Origin: an uncultured Gammaproteobacteria bacterium
GTDB taxonomy: Bacteria > Pseudomonadota > Gammaproteobacteria > Steroidobacterales > Steroidobacteraceae
DNA length: 64,000 nucleotides
Direction: 5' to 3'
Assembly (NCBI GenBank): GCA_963700045.1
Contig: CAVOWK010000032.1
Coordinates: forward strand, 113,923-177,922
The notes below the pieces were generated by a model. The model was given only the letters and a program-made list of their open reading frames with translations. It was not told where the DNA came from and ran no database searches. Positions within the stretch are counted from its first letter, which is position 1. Each line of letters opens with the position of its first letter. Positions 45,282-53,867 of this stretch are shown here, piece by piece. The position numbers and the translations under genes are program-made.

Positions 45282-46355
45282 TCACACCACCTCGCCCGAC
45301 ATTGCCGCAGCGCCCGCGATGCCGCTCGCCAGCGGAATGCGCACATATTCTCCTTCCGGCATGTCCTGCGCGGCGCGCAGCGCGAGCTGCTGGCGCTCGC
45401 GGTCGACCAGGAACAGCGACGCGCGTTCTGCCTCGAGCAGCTCGCCGACCCGGCGCGTAAAGACGCGCAGCGACTGCTCGAGCATGCTCTGGTAGGCCTC
45501 GTCGCTCGCCAGTGCGGTCGCTTCGAGGAACTTCTGCGACTGCTGCGTAAGCTCCTGCAGCGTGCTGCGGAACGCAGTCTCGTCCATCGCATCGACCAGC
45601 TGCTCGATGTGCTGCCGGTCGGTGTTCTGGGCCAGCAGGTGCATCATCTGTTGCGTATTGGCGATGACGGCATCGGTGAAGGTGGCGAGCTTGCCGTCTT
45701 CGAGGTGCACGATTCGATCGGCAACGTCGAGTATGCGGCTGTCGTGCGTGACCAGCAGGATGGTGGTGCCCCGCTCCCGGGCCAGTGCCTGCATGCGATC
45801 GACGACCTCGCGGCCCGAGGCTTTGTCGAGCGACGCGGTAGGCTCGTCTGCGAGCACCATGACCGGCTCGCCGACCAGGGCGCGCGCAATGGCCACGCGC
45901 TGGCGCTGGCCACCGGATAGCTGCTCCGCGCGCTTGTGAGTGTGCTCGCCAAGACCGACTGCCTCCAGCATTGCATCAGCCTTGCGTCGAAGCTCGGCAC
46001 GTGCGGCGCGACCGGTCACGCGCAGGCCGAGCTGCACGTTTTGCGAAGCAGTCAATGCGCCGAGCAGGTTGTGGCTCTGGAAGATGAAGCCGATACGCTT
46101 GCGGACGTCTTCTAGAGCCGTGCGATTTGCGCCGTCGAGCTGGTGACCGAGCACACGCAGGCGCCCCTCCTGTGGTGCACGCAACGCACCGACGAGCGTC
46201 AGCAGTGTCGTCTTGCCAGAACCCGACGGCCCGGTGACGATGACGATCTCGCCAGCGGGAATCGTCGTCGTCACGTCGTGCAGGATCTGCCGACGCAGTG
46301 GGCCCTTGCCGTAAGTAGTGATTGAGGTTCTCGACGACGACCGGCGGGTCCGCAC
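45282..46355 (-). CDS. DevA-type ABC ATP-binding protein with C-terminal linker and the first part of a GAF domain
   Basis: Walker A GPSGSGKTT, LSGGQRQR and LADEPTASLD, then about 120 extra residues ending in GAF-like LFLVDRERQQL...IPLASGIAGAAAMSGEVV before TGA 45282-45284. Confidence 0.8.
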   Translation of the reverse strand: MRTRRSSSRTSITTYGKGPLRRQILHDVTTTIPAGEIVIVTGPSGSGKTTLLTLVGALRAPQEGRLRVLGHQLDGANRTALEDVRKRIGFIFQSHNLLGALTASQNVQLGLRVTGRAARAELRRKADAMLEAVGLGEHTHKRAEQLSGGQRQRVAIARALVGEPVMVLADEPTASLDKASGREVVDRMQALARERGTTILLVTHDSRILDVADRIVHLEDGKLATFTDAVIANTQQMMHLLAQNTDRQHIEQLVDAMDETAFRSTLQELTQQSQKFLEATALASDEAYQSMLEQSLRVFTRRVGELLEAERASLFLVDRERQQLALRAAQDMPEGEYVRIPLASGIAGAAAMSGEVV

Positions 46356-46364
46356 TGCCAGGCA

Positions 46365-47546
46365 TCAGAAGACCTCCGCCGGGTCGAGGCGACGCACCTT
46401 GCGCAGCGCCAGGAAACCGGAGAGCGCGCACATCACGAGCGTCAGCACGAACACCGTGAGTGCCCGATCGGTCGTCAGGTGCAGCGGCAAACGGGTCGCG
46501 TGCGCAGCCGATCGGTAGAGGAACCACGCCGCGGCCATGCCCGGCAGGTAGCCGAGCACGGCGAGTATTGCTGCCTGCTGCAGCACGATGCCGGACACGA
46601 ATCGATTGCGATACCCAATGGCCCGCAGCGTGGCGTACTCACGCAAGTGCTCGGACACGTCGGCGAACAGGATCTGGTAGACGATGATCGCGCCGACCAC
46701 CAAGCCCATGATCGCGCCGAACGCGAACACGTAACCGATCGGCGTCGCCCCGTTCCAGTACGCCTTCTCGCGGGCGGCGAAGTCGGCCTTGGTCATGACC
46801 AGCACGTCCGCGGGCAGGTAGGAGCGCAGGCGATCGCGCGCGGAATTCGCATCGACGCCCGGCTTCAGCGTCACCAGGCCCAGCTGGATCTGGTTGCGCG
46901 ACCGGTCCGGAAACAGCCGCAGCCAGTTGTCGACGCTGGTGAGCACCGTGCCATCGATGCCGAACGAAGGGCCGATCTCGATCAGTCCGACCACCGAGAC
47001 CGCACGATCGTTAATCTCGGTGCTGACCGGCGCATCCGGGCGCCAGCTCTCCCCCACCGGCCCGAATTCCGGCCGCGACGCCCGGTCGAACAACACGACG
47101 TCCTGTGCAGCCAGCCTGGAATAGTTGTCCGCGAAGCCCGGCGTATCGAGCACGTTACGGGTGGGGTCGATGCCGACCGCATTGATGCTGCGGCGGGCGT
47201 TGGTCCACGGGTTCTTCCACGTCGCCGGAAAGACGTAGACCGGGCTCACCGACTCGACGTCGGGTGAACCCATCGCCTCGTACAGGCGGCGGATCGTAAA
47301 CGGCGCCGGCCGCACGATGAAGACACTGTCCGTACTGAAGAGCGCAATGTCGTAGCGGAAACGCTCGTGGAATCGCAACGTGCTCTCGAACAGCGCCGAG
47401 CGAAAGCCGAGCTGCATCAGGATCAGCAGCACGGCGAACGCGATGCCCGCCACCGCGACGGTGAGCCGCAGCGGCTTGTGCCACAGTTGCAACCACCCGA
47501 GCGGGGCGGAGGGCAGCAGCCGGCTCCACGTGCGCTCAACGGCCAA
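46365..47546 (-). CDS. DevC-type ABC exporter permease (FtsX-like)
   Basis: N-terminal LGWLQLWHKPLRLTVAVAGIAFAVLLILMQLGF and C-terminal FtsX helices. Start uncertain (TTG 47546 proposed; the upstream track extension overlaps devB). Confidence 0.75.
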   Translation of the reverse strand: MAVERTWSRLLPSAPLGWLQLWHKPLRLTVAVAGIAFAVLLILMQLGFRSALFESTLRFHERFRYDIALFSTDSVFIVRPAPFTIRRLYEAMGSPDVESVSPVYVFPATWKNPWTNARRSINAVGIDPTRNVLDTPGFADNYSRLAAQDVVLFDRASRPEFGPVGESWRPDAPVSTEINDRAVSVVGLIEIGPSFGIDGTVLTSVDNWLRLFPDRSRNQIQLGLVTLKPGVDANSARDRLRSYLPADVLVMTKADFAAREKAYWNGATPIGYVFAFGAIMGLVVGAIIVYQILFADVSEHLREYATLRAIGYRNRFVSGIVLQQAAILAVLGYLPGMAAAWFLYRSAAHATRLPLHLTTDRALTVFVLTLVMCALSGFLALRKVRRLDPAEVF

Positions 47547-48517
47547 TCTCGACCTCCACCTGGAGGTTCGTGAGGTTCGCAGCCGCGCGGCCGTCGTCGA
47601 GCTTGATCTCGACCTCGACGATGCGCGCATCCTTGCGGGCAACGGGGTCATCACCGATCTGGTCGATCTTCTGCACTTTGGGGCGAATGCGCGTCACGGT
47701 GCCGGTGAGGTCCTGCGGCAGCGCCGGGCTGCGCACCAGCGCGCGCTGGCCGCACTCGCACGCGGCGGACGTCGGCTTCGAAGACCTCTGCGACCGCCTG
47801 CATCTGGTCGACGCGTGCAAGCTCGAGAACACCCTCCATGCCGACGATTTCGCCGGGCCGGCGCCGCACGTCGATGACACGACCGGCGAAGGGAGCGCGG
47901 ACGAACGAGCGCTCGAGTTCCGTCTCGAAGCGCGTCACGCGCGCGGTGGCTGCGCTGATACGCGACTGCGCGACACTGGCCGAGGCACGTCGCGCCTTGC
48001 ACGAAGCCACGCCGGCATCGGCATCGCCCTTGGCTTGCTCGGCGTCCTCGCTCGAGGCGAGTCCGCGGCCCAGCAGGTCCTGCTTGCGCTTCGAGCGCTT
48101 GGCCGCAACGTCGGCAAGCACGCAGGCCTCATCCGCGAGGCTGACGGAGGCGGTGGCATCGCGCTTCGCGGTCTCGAGCTCGGCTTTTGCTTCGACGATG
48201 CGGCTGCGCGCCAGCGCCGCGGTGTCGACCTCGGCCAGCAGTTGACCCGCCGTCACGTCCGAGCCGCGGTCGACCAGCAGTCTGCTCAAGATCGCGCCCG
48301 ACATCGCGTCGGGCGTCGAGGCGGCCGCGACGCGGACGATGCCACCGTACGGTTCGATGCGACCGAGCGCCGCCACTCCCCGCGCGCCAGCAGCCGTCTT
48401 CATGACGGCGTCCGCCCCTGCCGCAGCGGCTCGTGCGGGCTGGCACCCGATCGCCCAGGCAATAATCGTCAGCACAGCCGCACGCGCGGGTCGCCCGATC
48501 CGGATTGAATGCTGCAA
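47536..48517 (-). pseudogene. DevB-type membrane fusion (HlyD family) protein, apparent frameshift near 47765-47772
   Basis: TTG 48517 preceded by AGGGGGGA, then a TM helix, coiled coil and beta-barrel. The C-terminal piece (GQRALVRSPALPQDLTGTV...LQVEVEIGR) is in the frame of ORF 47536-47880. Confidence 0.75.
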
Positions 48518-48560
48518 GTTCCCCCCTGCTTTGCCGGCCCTGCGGCCGAGTAACTTCGAC

Positions 48561-50372
48561 TCAGCCCTGCGGCGACCAACCTTCTGCGATCGCCTTTTGC
48601 GCTTCGCGATATCCGACTTCGACGACGCGGTCGAAGTTGCGCACTTCCGTGAAGCTGAAACCACCCACCGGCGGCCGCACCAGCAAGTCCGCGCGCGCCC
48701 CGGCCGCTCGTGCAGAACCGATCGCGCCGATCGACATCGCCATCAGCATCAACGACACCGGGCTCGGCACGCGATAACGCTTGGAGAGCGGCAGCACACG
48801 ACCGGCGAGCACGCGCCAGGGCGAAGGCACGGAATCGTAATTGACCGTGTAATCCTTGCGCGAACTCAGGTCGACGGCGATCACGCGACCGACGGGACGG
48901 GCCCGCATGAGGTCGACCGGCAGGTTATCGAGGATGCCGCCGTCGACGGACAGTTGGCCGTTGATCACGGCCGGCGGGAAGATACCGGGCAGCGACACGC
49001 TTGCGCGCAACGAGCGCGGCAAGGAGCCCCGATCGTGCACCTGCACACGGCCATTGCCGAGGTTGCTGGAGACGCAGAAGAACGGCACCGGCAGGTCTTC
49101 GATTTCGCCCGGCAAATGGGCATCGATCAGGCGCTCCATGCGTCGTCCGCGCAGGAACGAGATGATCGGCAGGGTCACGTCGCCAAACGGTTTGCCGTCC
49201 ACGAACGCTTTGCGCGCACGCTCGATGACAACCCCTGGCTCCAGTCCCGTCGCCATGCCGGCCGCCATGACGGCGCCGATGCTGGCGCCACCGAGCCAGT
49301 CCACCGGTATGCCGGATTCATACAACGCACGATAGACGCCCAGATGTGCAAACCCGCGAGCGGCGCCACCACCGAGCACGAGCCCGACGGCGCGCCCTGC
49401 GATGACACGGGCGAGGCGGTCGAGGTCGCCCAGGATGCCGGATCGAACGTGCAGGTGAAAATCCAGCTTGCGTGGCGCCAGCCACGCAGCCGTTCCAGAC
49501 AGTGTCTCGCCGTGCTGCTCGTGCCACAGCACCAGGGCACGACGTGCGACGGGGGCATTGGTCTCGTCGAATGCCTGCACTTCCCAGGATCGGGGTGCGG
49601 CATCATCACCGGCCTGCCCGACCAGGAGGATGAGGTCGGCGTTGTGGAGCGCCATGTCGGTAAAGACACCGTCGGCCGGATTCGCCACGTACATGATGAA
49701 GCGATTCTCGTCTTCCTTGACGGCAAGCCAGTCGACCAACGCCGGCGACTGGTCCTGGTGTCGCGCTGCCGGCAAGGCAGGCGCACCCGCGTCGCGCATT
49801 GCCGTGGCGGACAGGACGCAGGTTGGTCCGTACAGCTGCAGCGCCGCGCCGAGTTTCGCCGCAAGGACCTCGGCCGATTGCACCGAACCCAGCGGCACCA
49901 GTGCGATCGTCTTCAGGTTACGACGGATGTGCGAGACGCCGGCGGTCCGATCGCGCAACCGACCAGCGATACCGCCCGCGATGTGGCGCGTGAGATCGGG
50001 CCGCTGCCGGGCGAGCCGATCGAAGGCGGCAGAGGTCATCTTCAGCAACAGGCTGTTGCGCACGGCGCGGATGCTTGCGGATCGCGCCCCGCCGGTGAGC
50101 ATGCCGATTTCGCCGATGGTCTCTCCGGGGTTGACCTCGGCCACGAGCCGTTCGCCGGATTCCTGGCCATTGGATTGTGCCAGCCAGACCTGCATGCGAC
50201 CTCGCGCCAGCAGGAACAGGCAATCGGCTTCGTCACCCTGGCGGAACAGCCAATCGCCACCGCGGCACACGCATGGCTCGAACTCGTCGAGCACCAGCGC
50301 GGCTTCATCCCCGGGAATCGAAAAGTATTGCTGCAACGCCGTGACCAGCGTCGCTCGCGCGGCTGAATTCAT
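48561..50372 (-). CDS. cyclic-nucleotide-binding domain plus patatin-like phospholipase
   Basis: N-terminal CAP-type cNMP domain (GETIGEIGMLTGGARSASIRA), then patatin GGGAARG oxyanion and GASIG nucleophile motifs and a downstream DGG. Confidence 0.88.
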   Translation of the reverse strand: MNSAARATLVTALQQYFSIPGDEAALVLDEFEPCVCRGGDWLFRQGDEADCLFLLARGRMQVWLAQSNGQESGERLVAEVNPGETIGEIGMLTGGARSASIRAVRNSLLLKMTSAAFDRLARQRPDLTRHIAGGIAGRLRDRTAGVSHIRRNLKTIALVPLGSVQSAEVLAAKLGAALQLYGPTCVLSATAMRDAGAPALPAARHQDQSPALVDWLAVKEDENRFIMYVANPADGVFTDMALHNADLILLVGQAGDDAAPRSWEVQAFDETNAPVARRALVLWHEQHGETLSGTAAWLAPRKLDFHLHVRSGILGDLDRLARVIAGRAVGLVLGGGAARGFAHLGVYRALYESGIPVDWLGGASIGAVMAAGMATGLEPGVVIERARKAFVDGKPFGDVTLPIISFLRGRRMERLIDAHLPGEIEDLPVPFFCVSSNLGNGRVQVHDRGSLPRSLRASVSLPGIFPPAVINGQLSVDGGILDNLPVDLMRARPVGRVIAVDLSSRKDYTVNYDSVPSPWRVLAGRVLPLSKRYRVPSPVSLMLMAMSIGAIGSARAAGARADLLVRPPVGGFSFTEVRNFDRVVEVGYREAQKAIAEGWSPQG

Positions 50373-50498
50373 TCCTCGCCCCGAACTCTATAGTCTTTTC
50401 GTTATATCGACCAAGAAGCCAGGCGAGCCGTCCTGGCAGCGCGTTCCCCCTGACGCATCAACCCGGGGAGTCTAGCCGTATTGCGACGTGTCGTCGCG

Positions 50499-50976
50499 TC
50501 AACGGACTCCCGACCTGTGACGGACCTCAGCCAGCAGGCCCTCGACCGCAGATTCGACCAGGTCGAGCACCTCGTCGAATCCCCTGGTGTCGCCGTAATA
50601 GGGGTCGGGCACATCGGTCGGGCGCCGTACTGCCGGCAAACTCGAGCAGCGTGCGAATGCGCTCGCGATGCTCGGGCGGGCTGCGGTCGAGCAAGGTCGC
50701 GTGATTCAGGCGATCCATCGCAACGATCAGGTCGAAGCGCTCGAAATCGTCGTCATGCACCTGCCGTGCCCGCAGGTCCGTGAGGTCGATGCCCCGGCGG
50801 GCGGCAGCGTCGATCGTACGCGGATCGGGCGGCTCACCCACGTGGTATGCGTGAGTGCCGGCGGAGTCGATCTCGATCTCGAGACCCGGGGCGTACCGGC
50901 GAGCGTGCGCCCGGAAAACGCCTTCGGCGGTGGGCGATCGGCATATGTTGCCCATGCAGACGAACAGAATTTTCAT
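50499..50976 (-). pseudogene. low-molecular-weight protein-tyrosine phosphatase, apparent frameshift near 50620-50640
   Basis: MKILFVCMGNICRSPTAEG P-loop. The C-terminal DVPDPYYGDTRGFDEVLDLVESAVEGLL is in another frame, ending at TGA 50499-50501. Confidence 0.8.
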
Positions 50977-51268
50977 CGCGACCACATCCCTGCAACCCAG
51001 TCAATCGATACTGCGGTCAACTTCCGCTCGAAGGTTGAATATTCTCGCCGTGCGAGTGCCTGATATCGAGCAGTGAACGGCAGCACTGAATAGATCGACC
51101 ACCCCGCGCATCTAGCCCGATTTCACGTTCGCTGGTCGGGCGATAGACTGCAAGTCGGACCGTAGATTTTGCAAATGAGCTTTGCCGCACCGCGCTGCCG
51201 TGTGAAGATTGCGCTGCAACAAATCACACGAGGCGACGGCGACAACTGCCGGTCCCTGACCCAGCAAG

Positions 51269-53854
51269 ATGCCATATCCGTCACTAGCGGAATACTCCGA
51301 CGCCCTGCAGTTGAGCCTGGGCATCGCATTGTCGGATCCGCTGCTCGCCCGCGGCACCCTCCGCTCGCGTGGACCGGGCCAGCCGATCGTTCGCAGCGGC
51401 AATTTCGCACTGACGTTCGAGGTCGTGGTCGACGGTCGGAGTTATGCCGTCCGCTGCTTCCACAAGCCTTCCGACTCGCTGCACGCGCGATACGCCGCCA
51501 TCGGGAGTTACCTGCGTCGCATCCGCAGCACCTGCTTCGTCGACTTCGAATTCCAGCCGTCCGGAATCACGACCGAAAGCGGTACTTTCCCCATCGTCCG
51601 CATGGACTGGGCGCACGGCCAGACGCTCGCGGCATTTGTCGCCGCGCACCGGACCGACAGCGATACGCTCCAGCAGTTACGCATGACACTGCGGGGAATT
51701 TCGCGCGAGCTGCTCAGGCACGGCATCGCGCACGGCGACATCCAGCCGACCAACGTGATCGTCCAGAGCGCGACTGACGTACGGCTGATCGATTACGACG
51801 GCTTGTTCGTGCCACAACTCGCGGGCCTGCAGAGCACGGAACTCGGCCAGCGCAATTTCCAGCACTCCGGTCGCCGTGGCCGGCATTTCGACGCCAGCCT
51901 CGATTCATTTGCGTTCTCGCTGCTCGATCTCGCGCTCCACGCACTCTGCCGTCGACCCGAACTCTGGGATCAGTCGGACAGCGATGCGGACGCGTTCATC
52001 CTGCGGGCTGCGGACATCGCTGATCCCGCCAGTTCGCCAGCGTTCAGCCTGCTGGCTTCGGTGCCGGAGATCGAGCACAGGGTGCGGCATTTCGCCGCCA
52101 TCTGCGCCGCGCCGTTCGCGCAGGTGCCGACGTTCGAGGACTTTCTCGAAGGCCGCAACATCCCGACCCGCCCGGTCGAGTTCACTGGCAATGCGGCCCT
52201 GCCCTTGCGCCGCGAGTACGTACCCGCGTGCGACGTCGTCGATGCCACGAACTTTGCGCAGTGCTGCAGCCACGTGGGTGATCGCGTGGAGATGATCGGC
52301 AAGATCGTACGGGTCGCGCTGGACTCGTCGCCGCACACCGACACACCCTGCCTGCGCGTCGAGTTCGCCAATCAATCACACGACATGGCCTGCCTGAAGA
52401 TCTGGCCGGAGGCCCTCGACAATGGACGGAACGTACCCGACGCCACATGGGCCGGGCAATGGGTCCGCGCCATCGGCCTGGTCGAACCGGTCCACAGCGC
52501 ATTGAGCGGCTCCGGGCTCCACAAGGACGTCGCCATTTCGATCACGGACTCGTCGCAGTTGCACCGGCTCACTGCGGCCGAGGCGCGGCACTGCCTGCTC
52601 GGGCAGCGCAGCCGCACCCGTCCTGCTCTGGACAGGACGGCCAGCGTCAAGACCGACCCTGTCTTCACCGACGCGACGCCGCGACCTGCGATCGAGCCGT
52701 CGCCTGCGTTGCCAGCGGCGCCCCTGTCACCGACGCTGGCGCAAGGCCGCACCGTCGAGGCCGACCGGACCCGCCCTGCCCTGAAAACCACGACCAGCGT
52801 CAAGACCGACCGTGTCGACACCCGCGCTCCGCCGCAGCCTTTGATCGTGCCGCCGCCTGCATCGTCATCAGCGAAGCTGCCGCCGACGCCGGCGGCGAAC
52901 CACCCAACCGACAGCGGCAGGCGCAGCTGGCAGAACTGGTCATGGGCGGTCGCGGCGTTGCTGGCCGCAGTGGCGATTTATGCCGTCATCGACCGGCAGG
53001 ATCCGACGACACCCGATCTGCCGATGGTTCGCGCCCAGGTTGAACCTCAACCCGTGCCTGTACCGCCGACGACTGCACGTCCCGCCGCGCATGCCGTCGG
53101 CAGCAGGCTCGAGTCACAGGAGGTCCTGGACAAGTCGCAGCTGCCGGTTACGACGCTGGCTGGCGTCCTGGACATCGGATCCGCGGAGGGATCCGACGCC
53201 AGGCCAGTCATTCTGCTCGATGGCCAGCCTGTGCATGACCTGCGCGACGATGAGATTTCATTGGTGCGGCGCGCCGTGTTCTCCGACCGCGAAATCGTCG
53301 TGGGATTCACAAGGTGCAATGGCACGATCGCACCCTGTGGCCGGCGACAGCCGTTCTGGCTCGAGTTGCGGGCCGGCCTCCCGCCTGATGTCCGGCAGGC
53401 ACCCGGACTGTGGGTCGGAGCTGGCACCGGCGCTGGAGCGGTGGTTGTGTCGGCCGACGGCGTGCAGATCGACCTCGGAGTCTGGAACGGCGAGCATCGA
53501 AGCGCGACATTGACGGCAGCCGGCGACGTTACGATCGCACGCAAGCGCGAGCCGCGCAGGTCTCTCAGCCGCGCGGATTGTGCGACCGTGATCAAGGCTG
53601 CCGAGTCGTGCGCGACCAGCCGCGACTGCCGCTCTTTCAGGAGCAGTGCGCGGCCAATCTCCTCGTCGCGATGGCAGCGACTAACGCACCTGTACCACGA
53701 AACCACGGGCCTCGACGCTGCATCGTTTCGTGCGTTGTGCGTGCGCAGCTGCGAGCTTGGGCTGACTCCCAGCGACAACTTCATCCGGCAACGCGTCTGC
53801 AGTGGCGCGCCGCCGGATCAGTGGCCGCCGGAAGAGCCCGCGGCCGGCCTCTAG
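51269..53854 (+). CDS. membrane-anchored atypical protein-kinase-like protein with an OB-fold-like segment and a C-terminal extracytoplasmic domain
   Basis: 861 aa. Kinase-like core (AVRCF, IAHGDIQPTNVIV, LIDYDG), an OB-like stretch (VGDRVEMIGKIVRV...WVRAIGLVEP), a Pro-rich duplicated linker, one TM helix (WSWAVAALLAAVAIYAVI) and a Cys-containing ~290-aa C-terminal domain. Confidence 0.7.
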   Translation: MPYPSLAEYSDALQLSLGIALSDPLLARGTLRSRGPGQPIVRSGNFALTFEVVVDGRSYAVRCFHKPSDSLHARYAAIGSYLRRIRSTCFVDFEFQPSGITTESGTFPIVRMDWAHGQTLAAFVAAHRTDSDTLQQLRMTLRGISRELLRHGIAHGDIQPTNVIVQSATDVRLIDYDGLFVPQLAGLQSTELGQRNFQHSGRRGRHFDASLDSFAFSLLDLALHALCRRPELWDQSDSDADAFILRAADIADPASSPAFSLLASVPEIEHRVRHFAAICAAPFAQVPTFEDFLEGRNIPTRPVEFTGNAALPLRREYVPACDVVDATNFAQCCSHVGDRVEMIGKIVRVALDSSPHTDTPCLRVEFANQSHDMACLKIWPEALDNGRNVPDATWAGQWVRAIGLVEPVHSALSGSGLHKDVAISITDSSQLHRLTAAEARHCLLGQRSRTRPALDRTASVKTDPVFTDATPRPAIEPSPALPAAPLSPTLAQGRTVEADRTRPALKTTTSVKTDRVDTRAPPQPLIVPPPASSSAKLPPTPAANHPTDSGRRSWQNWSWAVAALLAAVAIYAVIDRQDPTTPDLPMVRAQVEPQPVPVPPTTARPAAHAVGSRLESQEVLDKSQLPVTTLAGVLDIGSAEGSDARPVILLDGQPVHDLRDDEISLVRRAVFSDREIVVGFTRCNGTIAPCGRRQPFWLELRAGLPPDVRQAPGLWVGAGTGAGAVVVSADGVQIDLGVWNGEHRSATLTAAGDVTIARKREPRRSLSRADCATVIKAAESCATSRDCRSFRSSARPISSSRWQRLTHLYHETTGLDAASFRALCVRSCELGLTPSDNFIRQRVCSGAPPDQWPPEEPAAGL

Positions 53855-53867
53855 GCGTCTGCAGATC

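Noticed and set aside
45282-45284. In-frame TGA read as selenocysteine
   Set aside because: A GAF-domain position has no known redox role for Sec, and I saw no convincing stem-loop immediately downstream that would serve as a bacterial SECIS. A sequencing error or nonsense mutation is more parsimonious.
48561-50372. cNMP-binding patatin as a CBASS/Pycsar-type anti-phage effector
   Set aside because: The window contains no CD-NTase, no complete stand-alone pyrimidine-cyclase-like gene and no mobile-element context. cNMP-patatin (NTE-like) proteins are widespread housekeeping-type lipases. I kept the locus as a signalling/lipid hypothesis rather than a defence call.
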